A model generated the notes under the pieces. The model was not told where the DNA came from, did not search any database, and saw nothing but the letters and a program-made list of their open reading frames with translations. DNA of 64,000 nt. Origin: Opitutia bacterium. GTDB taxonomy: Bacteria > Verrucomicrobiota > Verrucomicrobiia > Opitutales > T3Sed10-336. Shown in pieces: positions 51,541 through 61,680 of this stretch; the first letter of the stretch is position 1, and the number at the start of each line of letters is the position of its first letter. The stretch covers positions 17,622-81,621 of the forward strand of contig PXBO01000048.1 of assembly GCA_003566885.1 (NCBI GenBank), written 5' to 3'. Position numbers and translations under genes: made by a program.

Positions 51541-52923
51541 TCAATAATAGCCGCCGCCGGATTTTTCGATCAGCGGGACCATGACGCCGTTGCGGAACAG
51601 GGTGACCTGGCCGGTGCTGGAGGAGACCACGACGGAAATGCACCGGGTGGCGAGGGAAATGGCCGAGGCGGCAGCGTGGCGCGACCCGAGACCGCTGGGC
51701 AGGGAATGATAATAATCCGGCGCGTGAATCAGGGATCCGGAGGAAACCACCACCCCGTCGCCGCGAATAATGAACGCGCCATCGAGGGAGGAGTACTCCT
51801 TGATGGTTTCATCCATGAAGGGGTTCATGATATTCCGGTCCTCCTCCTTGTATCCGTAGAACGGATTCATCACCAGAGGCTTGGTCATTTTCACGACCTT
51901 CGCGGTGTCCCCCAGAATAAAAAGGCAACCCACCGGACGCCCCTCGCGTCCCTCCACCGCAAGCTCGGTGGCGACCGCCAGCACCCGTTCCAGGACTTCC
52001 GGCTTGACGTCCTCCGGCAGAATATCGGCCTGTTCGTTGAACAGGATCTGAAACTCCCTTTCAACGTCAACGACCACCACGGTGTCGAATTGGTTGCTAC
52101 CGGGAATACCGCCGACGCAGCAGAGGCGATCCGTGAAACCGATCACGCCGCGGGTGAGCCCGACCAGCACGGCGCTTCGAAGCTGGGCCAAACGATGACG
52201 CGAAAACGAGCGCACCTGGATGGTGGCCACGATGCGTTTGCTTTCGACGGTAAGGTCGGACGAAGTGCGGGTGACCAGGATGGTCTTGTATTCCGGGAAA
52301 AACTTCGGCACCTCCAGTCCGCTGGTCATGGTATCGGCAAAAATCACCAGCGTGGAACAGCGCGCCCCCCGGGCGATCTTCTCCGCTTCGCGGAAGATGA
52401 GACGGTTGACCCGGCTTTGCTGCGCCTGTACCGGCTGGGACAGCGCCCCTCCGAAACCCAGGTAAACCTTTTCGAAAAGCGCGTCCAGGCCGGGAGCTTC
52501 GATCAGGGAGGTGACGAAATCCTTGTCCTTTACCAGGCGGGCGATCGAGGCCAGGACCTTGAGGTAGTCGCGTTCGTTCTCATTGGCGATCAACAGAAAA
52601 ACCAGGTGGATATCCTCGTGTTCCTTAAGACCGTCGAAATCGATTCCGCGCTGGCTGCGGCCGACGGCGAAAACAAACCGGCGAGGCATCTTGATACGGA
52701 TGTGCGGAAGAGCCACCCCGTTGCCCAGATAAGTGGTCATGGACTTCTCCCGCTCCATCAACGCGTTGAACAGCGAGTTCTTGTTGAGGTCCTTGAAACG
52801 GCTGACGGATACCGACAATAACTCCTTAAGCGCTCCCTGAAGATCAGCGCTTTCCAGATCAATCACCCGGCTCCTGGCAACAAACTTATCTAACCGCATA
52901 GCCACCAGTGGATTAAAAAACAC
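51541..52923 (-). CDS. PTS EIIA type-2 (EIIA-Ntr-like) domain fused to a DisA_N/diadenylate cyclase (DAC) domain
   Basis: 460 aa. The N-terminal REKSMTTYLGNGVALPHIRI...IHLVFLLIANENERDYLKVLASIARL parallels PtsN. The C-terminal LDGAFIIRGDG and GSRHAAASAISLATRCISVVVSSSTGQVTLFRNG parallel the DAC DGA and RHR-VSEETG blocks. Confidence 0.8.
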   Translation of the reverse strand: MFFNPLVAMRLDKFVARSRVIDLESADLQGALKELLSVSVSRFKDLNKNSLFNALMEREKSMTTYLGNGVALPHIRIKMPRRFVFAVGRSQRGIDFDGLKEHEDIHLVFLLIANENERDYLKVLASIARLVKDKDFVTSLIEAPGLDALFEKVYLGFGGALSQPVQAQQSRVNRLIFREAEKIARGARCSTLVIFADTMTSGLEVPKFFPEYKTILVTRTSSDLTVESKRIVATIQVRSFSRHRLAQLRSAVLVGLTRGVIGFTDRLCCVGGIPGSNQFDTVVVVDVEREFQILFNEQADILPEDVKPEVLERVLAVATELAVEGREGRPVGCLFILGDTAKVVKMTKPLVMNPFYGYKEEDRNIMNPFMDETIKEYSSLDGAFIIRGDGVVVSSGSLIHAPDYYHSLPSGLGSRHAAASAISLATRCISVVVSSSTGQVTLFRNGVMVPLIEKSGGGYY

Positions 52924-52972
52924 CCACCGGCGGAAGTGGCAAGCCGGAAATGCATTCCGGTTTCAAATTGCG

Positions 52973-53359
52973 CTACTTTTCCCACTCCAGGGCGCCTTTT
53001 TTATATTCGTAAAGCAACCCAATCACCAGGACACCGAGGAAAAACAACACCGGGGTGAGGATAGGTATGCCCGCCGCGATGAAATCGCGAAATACCAGGA
53101 CCCAGGGTATGAGAAAGACGATCTCAACATCGAAAAGAATAAAAAGCATCGCCACCACATAGAACTTGATGGAGAAACGGATCGCCGTACGCCCCTCGGA
53201 AGGGATACCGCACTCATAAGCCGTGTCACGCCCCGGAGCGCTTCGTCCGCGCTGCCCGAAAATCGTACTCGCCACGAGAATTACCGCAGCCAATCCCCCC
53301 GCAATAATGATCTGCACCAAAATCGGCGCATAATTGACCAGTCCGTCTTGCATACCCAT
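52973..53359 (-). CDS. nuoA: NADH-quinone oxidoreductase subunit A (ND3-like), not followed by nuoB
   Basis: 128 aa with three TM segments. AYECGIPSEGRTAIRFSIKFYVVAMLFILFDVEIVFLIPW is the NuoA/ND3 signature. Confidence 0.85.
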   Translation of the reverse strand: MGMQDGLVNYAPILVQIIIAGGLAAVILVASTIFGQRGRSAPGRDTAYECGIPSEGRTAIRFSIKFYVVAMLFILFDVEIVFLIPWVLVFRDFIAAGIPILTPVLFFLGVLVIGLLYEYKKGALEWEK

Positions 53360-53406
53360 TGCCCGACAGCAGAAGCCGCCAATCTTTTTTTTTCAATCCA
53401 AATCCT

Positions 53407-54471
53407 TCAGCGGTTTTCCGGCAGTCGTATCCATTCCACCGTCCCGGGATCGCTGCGCCCGACGCCCAACTGTTCGGCGAAGTCCAGCAATGGCAGGTAT
53501 TCACCGAGACCGGAAAAACCGCGGTTTCGCCGCTCCCGGTCGATTTCCGCGGCCATCAGGGCATCCAGCAGCACCGGATCCGCACTCATCCACAACACCG
53601 GTTTGGCGGCAGTATACAGTGATCGAAAGGCCGGACCGGCAATAAACTGATAGGAATCGAGGGTGGTCAGGTTGAGCAGCCACCGCTCCCGCAGTTCCGG
53701 GATGGCGGCCATTTCCGCCGCCGCCGCCGAGCCGGCGGAACGGCTGCCGAGGAATCGGCCGGTATTGCTCGCGTTCCACAGAGTGGCGTTGAGCAGGGCC
53801 CCATTCACCCCGAGGTTCGGATGGTCGGTGTACCGCGGCAGATTGATCCAGAAATCGACGTTGTGCAGCAGGGGAAAGGCGAGATAACTCAAGCGGTCCA
53901 CCCCGAAGGCCTCGTCCTCGGCGGGCAACCCGATACCCGGCAGCATCATGCGACGAAAATCCGTGCGCGGGGGCAACGGGCTTTCGTAGTGCCAGTCTCC
54001 GTCGTAGTACGCCCCGCTTTCCAGGACATAAACCGGCGACCCCTCAAAACGGTCCTCCTGGGCCCGTTCGAGGAACCCGGCCTGCTGCAGACGGAAGCGG
54101 CTCTGATCGACCAGAAAGATGTTCTCGCGCTCAAACCCGCGCCGCTCCAGCGACACCACCACCGCCCTCACCAAATCCCGGGGCGTGGCCAGGCCGGGGC
54201 CCGACTGGGTGTAAACCTTCAATCCGACCCGTCCGGAGGCGCCCGGCTCCAGCGGCCGGGCACGGATCTCCTCGAAACTGGCGAAGAGTTCCTCCACCGC
54301 CCTCGGATAATCCCGGTCCCGTTCCTCGCCGAAACGCCACTCCCAGACCCGCGTGTCCCCCAGGGCCGTCCGTCCTCCCGGGAAAAGGCCGAGCAAGACC
54401 GCGATCAGCAGGAGCCGAAGGCAAAAGCACGGGCGGGCGAGGCACTTGACAGCGCCTTCCGGGCCGACCAC
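53407..54471 (-). CDS. DUF362-like secreted or anchored protein (start uncertain)
   Basis: The C-terminal about 355 codons of the tracked 795-aa ORF form the likely gene. There is no in-frame ATG, and a GTG at 54471 would give a signal-like N-terminus (VGPEGAVKCLARPCFCLRLLLIAVLLGLF). GRVGLKVYTQSGPGLATPRDLVRAVVVSLERRGF resembles the DUF362 core. Confidence 0.5.
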   Translation of the reverse strand: MVGPEGAVKCLARPCFCLRLLLIAVLLGLFPGGRTALGDTRVWEWRFGEERDRDYPRAVEELFASFEEIRARPLEPGASGRVGLKVYTQSGPGLATPRDLVRAVVVSLERRGFERENIFLVDQSRFRLQQAGFLERAQEDRFEGSPVYVLESGAYYDGDWHYESPLPPRTDFRRMMLPGIGLPAEDEAFGVDRLSYLAFPLLHNVDFWINLPRYTDHPNLGVNGALLNATLWNASNTGRFLGSRSAGSAAAAEMAAIPELRERWLLNLTTLDSYQFIAGPAFRSLYTAAKPVLWMSADPVLLDALMAAEIDRERRNRGFSGLGEYLPLLDFAEQLGVGRSDPGTVEWIRLPENR

Positions 54472-54642
54472 ACTACCATCCGTCGCCGTGAGCCGCCCCT
54501 TCCGGTGCCACGTCGTCAGCCGATCGAGGTATCGCCATCCGATGCTCAACACGATTGATTCCCGTTTCGCACGATGGCGCCCGGCAAATTCCGGCCTCCG
54601 GTTTTCGCCCCGGCCAATCCTTTCCTGGTTCTCCACAACACC

Positions 54643-56490
54643 ATGGGTATCATTAAAAAGAGCAGTATAGAAGAATTGAAGAACCGGATCAACATCGTCG
54701 ACGTGGTTTCTCCGGTCGTTTCGCTTAAACGCGCCGGTTCTCAATTCAAAGGCCTCAGCCCCTTCAACCCGGAAAAAACCCCCTCCTTTTTCGTGTCGCC
54801 CGATCGCAACATGTTCAAATGTTTCAGCAGCGGCATGGCCGGGGATATTTTCACCTTTGTCATGGAGACGGAGCGGTTGAATTTCCAGGAGGCGGCGGAA
54901 AGCCTGGCTCAGCGTTTCGGCGTTCCCCTGGAGTACGAAAAGGGCGCTCTGCCCCGCGAGGAGCGCTCCCTTCGGCAGATGCTTTTTGATATTCACGACC
55001 TCGCCACAGCTTATTTCCAGGAATACTTTAAATCGTCCGGGAGCGAACCGGAGCAGGTCCGCGAGTATTGGACCGGTGAACGCGGTTTCGATCTGGACCT
55101 TGCGGAATCGTTTCAGATCGGCCTGGCGCCGGTGGATGGATCCGAGCTCCGGCGCCGCCTGACCGACCGCAAATTCACTCTGGAGGCCCTGGCCAAGTGC
55201 GGTCTTTTTTACCAGCGGGGCAACGGCGACCGTCCGGAGGCCTATCACGCTCGCTTCCGGAACCGCCTGATGATCCCGATCCGAGACCATCAGGGGCGGG
55301 TGGTGGCTTTCACCGCACGCCAACTCGCCATCACCCCGCCGGACGATCCCACCCGAGAAGCAAAGTACATCAACTCTCCGGAAACGCCGGTTTTCAACAA
55401 AGGCCACTTGTTGTTCGGTCTGGACCGGGCGCGCCTGGAAGCCGGAGAAACCAATCCTTTTCTGCTGGTCGAAGGGCAACTCGATGTGATTCGGTGCCAC
55501 GAACAGGGCATCAAGACGGCGGTGGCCCCGCAGGGCACGGCGATCACGGAAAGCCAACTCGCCCTGATGAAACGCTACGCTCCGACGGTGGAATGCCTCC
55601 TCGACGCCGACTCCGCCGGGCAGAAAGCGGCCCTGCGGCTGCTGCCCATGGCGGTGAAAACCGGGCTGGAGGCTCGCTTTCTCACTCTGCCCAAAGGCGA
55701 GGATCCCGACACCTACCTGCGCCGCGGGGGCCGAGATGCGTTGGAGAGCCTGCGCCGCGAAAGCGCCTCCCCCCTGCAATTCGCCGTACGGCATTTTTTA
55801 CCCGACCCCTCAAGCATGAGCGCCGAACGAAAAACCCAGGCGCTGGAGCAAATCTTTGAAATCGTGCGCCAGGCCGAATCCGAAATTACCCGCAGCGAAT
55901 ACCTCCGTTCCCTGGCCCGGCTTACCCGCTTTCCGGAGCCGGCGGTCTTGACCGATTTCGACCGATTTCGACGCCGCCGCCAAAGGCAGGCGCCCAACAG
56001 CGCCAAACCGCCGGAGTCCGAACCCCTCGAGTCCAGCCGGCCGGCAAAGCTGAGTACCGCGGTGGAAACTCTGCTTTCGATCTGCCTCCACGACGAACAC
56101 CTGGGTAAACCGCTCTCGGAAGTGGTGGATCAGGATTGGCTCGACAACGAAAGCACTGCGGGACGCCTGCTAAATCGTGTTCTGGCTGAATTCGAGCACG
56201 AGGAGTGGGCCGGGACCGGTCAGATCGACCACCTCGTGGAAACGGACGAGGAACGACACCTCATTTATTCGATCCTTTTCCACAAACCTTATGACGAAAC
56301 CCCGGAAAAGCTGGCCAACCAGGCTTTGAAGGCCCTGTACCTGGAGCACCTGAATGCAAAAATAAAGAAGATAGAGCTTGAAATCGCCAACAATGAGGAA
56401 ATACTGGATGATGGTATTGTCTTTTTACAGAGAAAGATCATCGAATTCCGCCAACGCAAGTCCAGTCCTCCGCAGTTAGAAGCCATTTAA
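54643..56490 (+). CDS. dnaG: DNA primase
   Basis: The ATG at 54643 gives [31 protein letters not shown], the TOPRIM block [16 protein letters not shown]...[11 protein letters not shown] and dnaG-rpoD synteny support the call. Confidence 0.9.
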   Translation: MGIIKKSSIEELKNRINIVDVVSPVVSLKRAGSQFKGLSPFNPEKTPSFFVSPDRNMFKCFSSGMAGDIFTFVMETERLNFQEAAESLAQRFGVPLEYEKGALPREERSLRQMLFDIHDLATAYFQEYFKSSGSEPEQVREYWTGERGFDLDLAESFQIGLAPVDGSELRRRLTDRKFTLEALAKCGLFYQRGNGDRPEAYHARFRNRLMIPIRDHQGRVVAFTARQLAITPPDDPTREAKYINSPETPVFNKGHLLFGLDRARLEAGETNPFLLVEGQLDVIRCHEQGIKTAVAPQGTAITESQLALMKRYAPTVECLLDADSAGQKAALRLLPMAVKTGLEARFLTLPKGEDPDTYLRRGGRDALESLRRESASPLQFAVRHFLPDPSSMSAERKTQALEQIFEIVRQAESEITRSEYLRSLARLTRFPEPAVLTDFDRFRRRRQRQAPNSAKPPESEPLESSRPAKLSTAVETLLSICLHDEHLGKPLSEVVDQDWLDNESTAGRLLNRVLAEFEHEEWAGTGQIDHLVETDEERHLIYSILFHKPYDETPEKLANQALKALYLEHLNAKIKKIELEIANNEEILDDGIVFLQRKIIEFRQRKSSPPQLEAI

Positions 56491-56500
56491 TCACGCCGAC

Positions 56501-58225
<1,725 letters not shown>

Positions 58226-58226
58226 G

Positions 58227-58580
58227 ATGCTCTCCCGTTTCCTGCGGCAGTCCTTGAGACTGGCCCTGCTGACGCTGGCCGGGACCGCTTTTTCGGCCTG
58301 TGTCACCGTCTCCGAAACCCGGGAGGAAGATCCGGTTTTGAGCCAGTCCGCCCTGCGGCCGATCGGCCGGGTAATCTGGGTCGACTCGGCGGAAGGGACC
58401 GCCGTGATTCAACTGCACCGCGGAGCCAGCCTGACCTCGGAAACCCTGATTTCACGCAACGACGCCCTTTTTGAAACCGGACGCCTGCAGCCTGCGGGCC
58501 CGCGGGAGGGTCGCAGCGCGGGCGCGCGGATTCTGGAGGGCCTTCCCAACGCCGGCGACGAAGTGGTGGCGGCCCCCTGA
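58227..58580 (+). CDS. Small hypothetical lipoprotein
   Basis: 117 aa. It starts 1 nt after the rpoD stop and has an LTLAGTAFSAC lipobox-like signal. I recognise no family. Confidence 0.45.
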   Translation: MLSRFLRQSLRLALLTLAGTAFSACVTVSETREEDPVLSQSALRPIGRVIWVDSAEGTAVIQLHRGASLTSETLISRNDALFETGRLQPAGPREGRSAGARILEGLPNAGDEVVAAP

Positions 58581-58611
58581 TAAGGCCGCCGCCAGGGAAA
58601 ACGTTTGCCGC

Positions 58612-58640
58612 TTTACAAACCTTTATTTCGCTCGTAGATT
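58612..58640 (+). promoter_or_regulatory. Candidate sigma-70-type promoter upstream of tatA
   Basis: TTTACA (58612-58617), a 17-nt spacer, then TAGATT (58635-58640). It lies 52 nt upstream of the ATG at 58692. Confidence 0.3.
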
Positions 58641-58691
58641 ACTTCTACCATGCACTTTGACTACGCTCAACCGGTCGCGTTCTTCCAGAAT

Positions 58692-58967
58692 ATGGGCGCA
58701 CCCCAGATCTTGCTCATCGTTTTTCTTATCCTTCTCCTCTTCGGGGCTAAACGCCTGCCGGAGCTGGCCCGGGGAATGGGAAAGGCATTGCGTGAGTTCA
58801 AAAGCGCAACCAAGGATATCGAAGACGATATTCGCTCCGCGTTCGACGACGACGAGCAGAAGGCTTCGAAAAGCAAAAAGCCGGCGGTTTCCGTTCCGGA
58901 AAAGACTGAGAAGGCTGAGAAGACCGAAGACGCCAAGCGGCCTCACGACGTTTCTCACTCGGCCTGA
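58692..58967 (+). CDS. tatA: Twin-arginine translocase subunit TatA/E
   Basis: MGAPQILLIVFLILLLFGAKRLPELARGMGKALREFK is the TatA TM-hinge-amphipathic helix signature. The tracked ORF starts 14 codons upstream, at 58650. Confidence 0.85.
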   Translation: MGAPQILLIVFLILLLFGAKRLPELARGMGKALREFKSATKDIEDDIRSAFDDDEQKASKSKKPAVSVPEKTEKAEKTEDAKRPHDVSHSA

Positions 58968-59126
58968 TTCGGGCCCATATTGTGCTCGCCTACAGGCGAC
59001 GAGCATCCGAGAAGTCGTGCGCCCGCTTAAGGGGCTCGGCCGAATGGCACTCCTATAAGCCCTCCATCGGGATCGATATCGATATTGAATAGAAAGATCC
59101 CTAACCGAACGCCACTCGGGCTCGCC

Positions 59127-59158
59127 CCGGACACCAGGAGTGTCCGGCAATTTGTTTT
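59127..59158 (+). terminator. Rho-independent-terminator-like hairpin not adjacent to any CDS end
   Basis: CCGGACAC-CAGGA-GTGTCCGG (8-bp stem, 5-nt loop, 59127-59147) is followed by CAATTTGTTTT. It lies 160 nt after the tatA stop and 100 nt before mreB. Confidence 0.4.
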
Positions 59159-59257
59159 GACATTCGTGCCAGCTCAAAAAAGCTGAGATCCGACTCCCGG
59201 GACGCCTGTCGAACGGCAAAGCGTCTGGTCCGGGGCAAATTCGGATCCAACTCGATC

Positions 59258-60292
59258 ATGGCAGGAAAGTTTCTCGGCATATTCTCCGAAGATATCGGAA
59301 TCGACTTAGGCACGGCCAACACACTGGTTTTCGCTAAAGACAGAGGAGTGGTACTCCGGGAACCCAGCGTGGTCGCCATTCACGCCAACACCCGCAAAGT
59401 CCTGGCGGTCGGCTCGGAAGCCAAGATGATGCTGGGCCGGACGCCCGGCAACATCATCGCGATCCGTCCGATGAAAGACGGCGTGATCGCGGATTTCGAC
59501 ATCACCGAGGCGATGTTGCGCTATTTCATCAAGAAGGTGCACAACAACGTAAAGGTGATCCCGCCCCGGGTGGTGGTCGCTATTCCTTCCGGCATCACGG
59601 AGGTCGAAAAACGCGCGGTAAAAGAGTCGGCCATCCATGCCGGCGCCCGGGAAGTCCTCCTGCTGGAGGAACCGATGGCGGCGGCGATCGGTGTCGGTTT
59701 GCCGGTGGAGGAACCCGCCGCCAACATGATCGTCGACATCGGCGGCGGTACCACGGAAGTGGCCATCATTTCGCTCGCCGGCGTCGTTTTTTCAAAAAGC
59801 ATCCGGGTCGGCGGCGACGAGTTCGACACCGCGATCATCAACTACATGAAGCGCGCCTACAACCTGATGATCGGAGAACGGACGGCGGAGGAGATCAAAC
59901 TTCGAATCGGTTCGGCCCACCCGCTCGACGACGAGTTGAGCATGGAGGTTAAAGGTCGCGATTCCGTGGCCGGGCTTCCCAAAACCCTGCATGTGAGTTC
60001 CCAGGAAATCCGGGAAGCGCTGGCCGATACCGTGAGTTCGATTGTCGAGTTGGTCCGCAACGCGCTGGAACGTTGTCCCCCCGAACTTTCCGCCGACCTG
60101 GTGGACAGGGGATTTATCCTCGCCGGAGGGGGCGCCCTCCTGCGCAACCTGGACCGCCTGCTCAGCGAGGCCACCGGGCTGCCTGTCATTGTGGCGGAAG
60201 ACGCCCTGAGCGCGGTGGCCATCGGGACCGGTGCCGTTCTCGAAGATTTGAATTTCCTGCTTCTCCACGTCACATCGTCCTCAAAATCCTGA
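59258..60292 (+). CDS. mreB: Rod shape-determining actin homolog MreB
   Basis: 344 aa with [31 protein letters not shown] and [13 protein letters not shown] motifs. Confidence 0.97.
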   Translation: MAGKFLGIFSEDIGIDLGTANTLVFAKDRGVVLREPSVVAIHANTRKVLAVGSEAKMMLGRTPGNIIAIRPMKDGVIADFDITEAMLRYFIKKVHNNVKVIPPRVVVAIPSGITEVEKRAVKESAIHAGAREVLLLEEPMAAAIGVGLPVEEPAANMIVDIGGGTTEVAIISLAGVVFSKSIRVGGDEFDTAIINYMKRAYNLMIGERTAEEIKLRIGSAHPLDDELSMEVKGRDSVAGLPKTLHVSSQEIREALADTVSSIVELVRNALERCPPELSADLVDRGFILAGGGALLRNLDRLLSEATGLPVIVAEDALSAVAIGTGAVLEDLNFLLLHVTSSSKS

Positions 60293-60301
60293 TTCCAAGC
60301 A

Positions 60302-61153
60302 TTGGCCATCAGACGTCTTGTTCCATCCCGGCCATTTTTCGTCCTAGGCGTTGTCATCGCACTATGGCTGGTGTTGCCAGTAATCCTCAAAACCCTGTTG
60401 CGAACGGGATTTCATGAGTTGCATGCGCCGGCGGTTCAGGCCGTGTCGGTGATTCGCGACGTGCAGGATTACTGGTCCTACCGGACGCAACCCAAAGACA
60501 ATCTGATTGAAGCCATCCGGGACCTCGCCCGCCATCGGGCTCACGACGAACTTCGCCTGCAGGAGGCTGAGGCGCTGGAACGCGAGGTGGCCCGACTGGA
60601 GGAACTGCTGGAACTCCCCCCTCTTCCCGGCTACCGATTTGAGATCGCCCGGGTCGCGCGACGCGAGACCGGCGCCTGGTGGCAGCGAATCACCATTCGC
60701 AAGGGCCGTAATCACGGCCTTTCGGTGGGAGCTCCGGTGGTTTTCAGCGGAGGAGTCGCCGGCAAGATTAGTGAAGTTTACCGGAATACCGCGGTGGTAG
60801 AGCTGATATCGAGCCCGGCCTTCCGCCTTTCCGCCCGAATCGAGGGTGACGATCGCCCCATCAGCTACCAGGGCGCTTTGGCACCGCCATTCGCCCCGGC
60901 GGTGGGAGTGGCGGAATTCGTTCCGCTGGATATCCGCACCGACTCCTCCAGCACGCCTCGTTTGGTGACTTCAGGCCTGGGAGGCGTCTTTCCCCGGGGG
61001 TTGTTCATCGGGGAACTGAATTCGCTGGAGCCCAGTCCCGACGGACTGTTTCAAACCGGCAGAGTGCGTCTTGACCAGAGTCTCAACCGCCTTTACGAGG
61101 TCGCGGTGCTCATTCGGGAATCCGAGGAAGGGGATGACCCGCCAACACCATGA
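60302..61153 (+). CDS. mreC: Rod shape-determining protein MreC
   Basis: 283 aa with an N-terminal TM segment and a coiled coil (LRLQEAEALEREVARLEELLEL). A beta-barrel block (GLSVGAPVVFSGGVAGKISEVYRNTAVVELI) follows, and the gene sits directly after mreB. Confidence 0.85.
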   Translation: MAIRRLVPSRPFFVLGVVIALWLVLPVILKTLLRTGFHELHAPAVQAVSVIRDVQDYWSYRTQPKDNLIEAIRDLARHRAHDELRLQEAEALEREVARLEELLELPPLPGYRFEIARVARRETGAWWQRITIRKGRNHGLSVGAPVVFSGGVAGKISEVYRNTAVVELISSPAFRLSARIEGDDRPISYQGALAPPFAPAVGVAEFVPLDIRTDSSSTPRLVTSGLGGVFPRGLFIGELNSLEPSPDGLFQTGRVRLDQSLNRLYEVAVLIRESEEGDDPPTP

Positions 61154-61680
61154 GCATCCAGCTGAGAACCGTCGTGCTGATCGGGGTCGGAGTGTTGTTT
61201 CTCCTGCTCCTGGCCGAGACCAACCACCATCTGGCGTTTTTCAACCTCCATATTTACGCCGCCGGTCTTCTGCTGGCCTTCCCGCTGCTGCGCCTCCGTT
61301 ACAAGCAGGGCCTGATTTTCGTCTGTCTGATCGCCTTTTTCCACGACACCATGGCCCCTCTGCCTTTCGGAGTCAGTTTTGTCCCGTTTTTGCTGGCGCA
61401 CACCGGCACCTATGTTCTCCGTTCGCATTTTCAGCGGGAGGAATCCACTGCGGTTGTCGTCTTCGCACTGCTGCTCAACACCCTTCTCTTCCTCGGATTC
61501 GCCCTTCGCGGCGTGGGAGAGGCTCCCCTGCCCGGCCTGTACTGGCAAAGGGTACTCGTCGATGGAATCCTGTCGCAGGTGGTGGTGATTTTTATCGCTG
61601 GATGGTATTTTTCACTGCAAGATACGGCTTTACGATTCTTCGGAATTTTTCTTGATCAGGAACAACGCCAGGCAGGTTGA
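61150..61680 (+). CDS. mreD: Rod shape-determining protein MreD
   Basis: 176-aa polytopic membrane protein. It has an ATGA overlap with mreC and sits between mreC and PBP2. Confidence 0.7.
   Translation: MSIQLRTVVLIGVGVLFLLLLAETNHHLAFFNLHIYAAGLLLAFPLLRLRYKQGLIFVCLIAFFHDTMAPLPFGVSFVPFLLAHTGTYVLRSHFQREESTAVVVFALLLNTLLFLGFALRGVGEAPLPGLYWQRVLVDGILSQVVVIFIAGWYFSLQDTALRFFGIFLDQEQRQAG

Noticed and set aside
54472-55794. N-terminal 440 codons of the tracked 795-aa minus-strand ORF
   Set aside because: This part is antisense to dnaG, which has unmistakable primase motifs. Only the 3' portion (53407-54471) looks like a real DUF362-like gene, and it probably has a GTG start.
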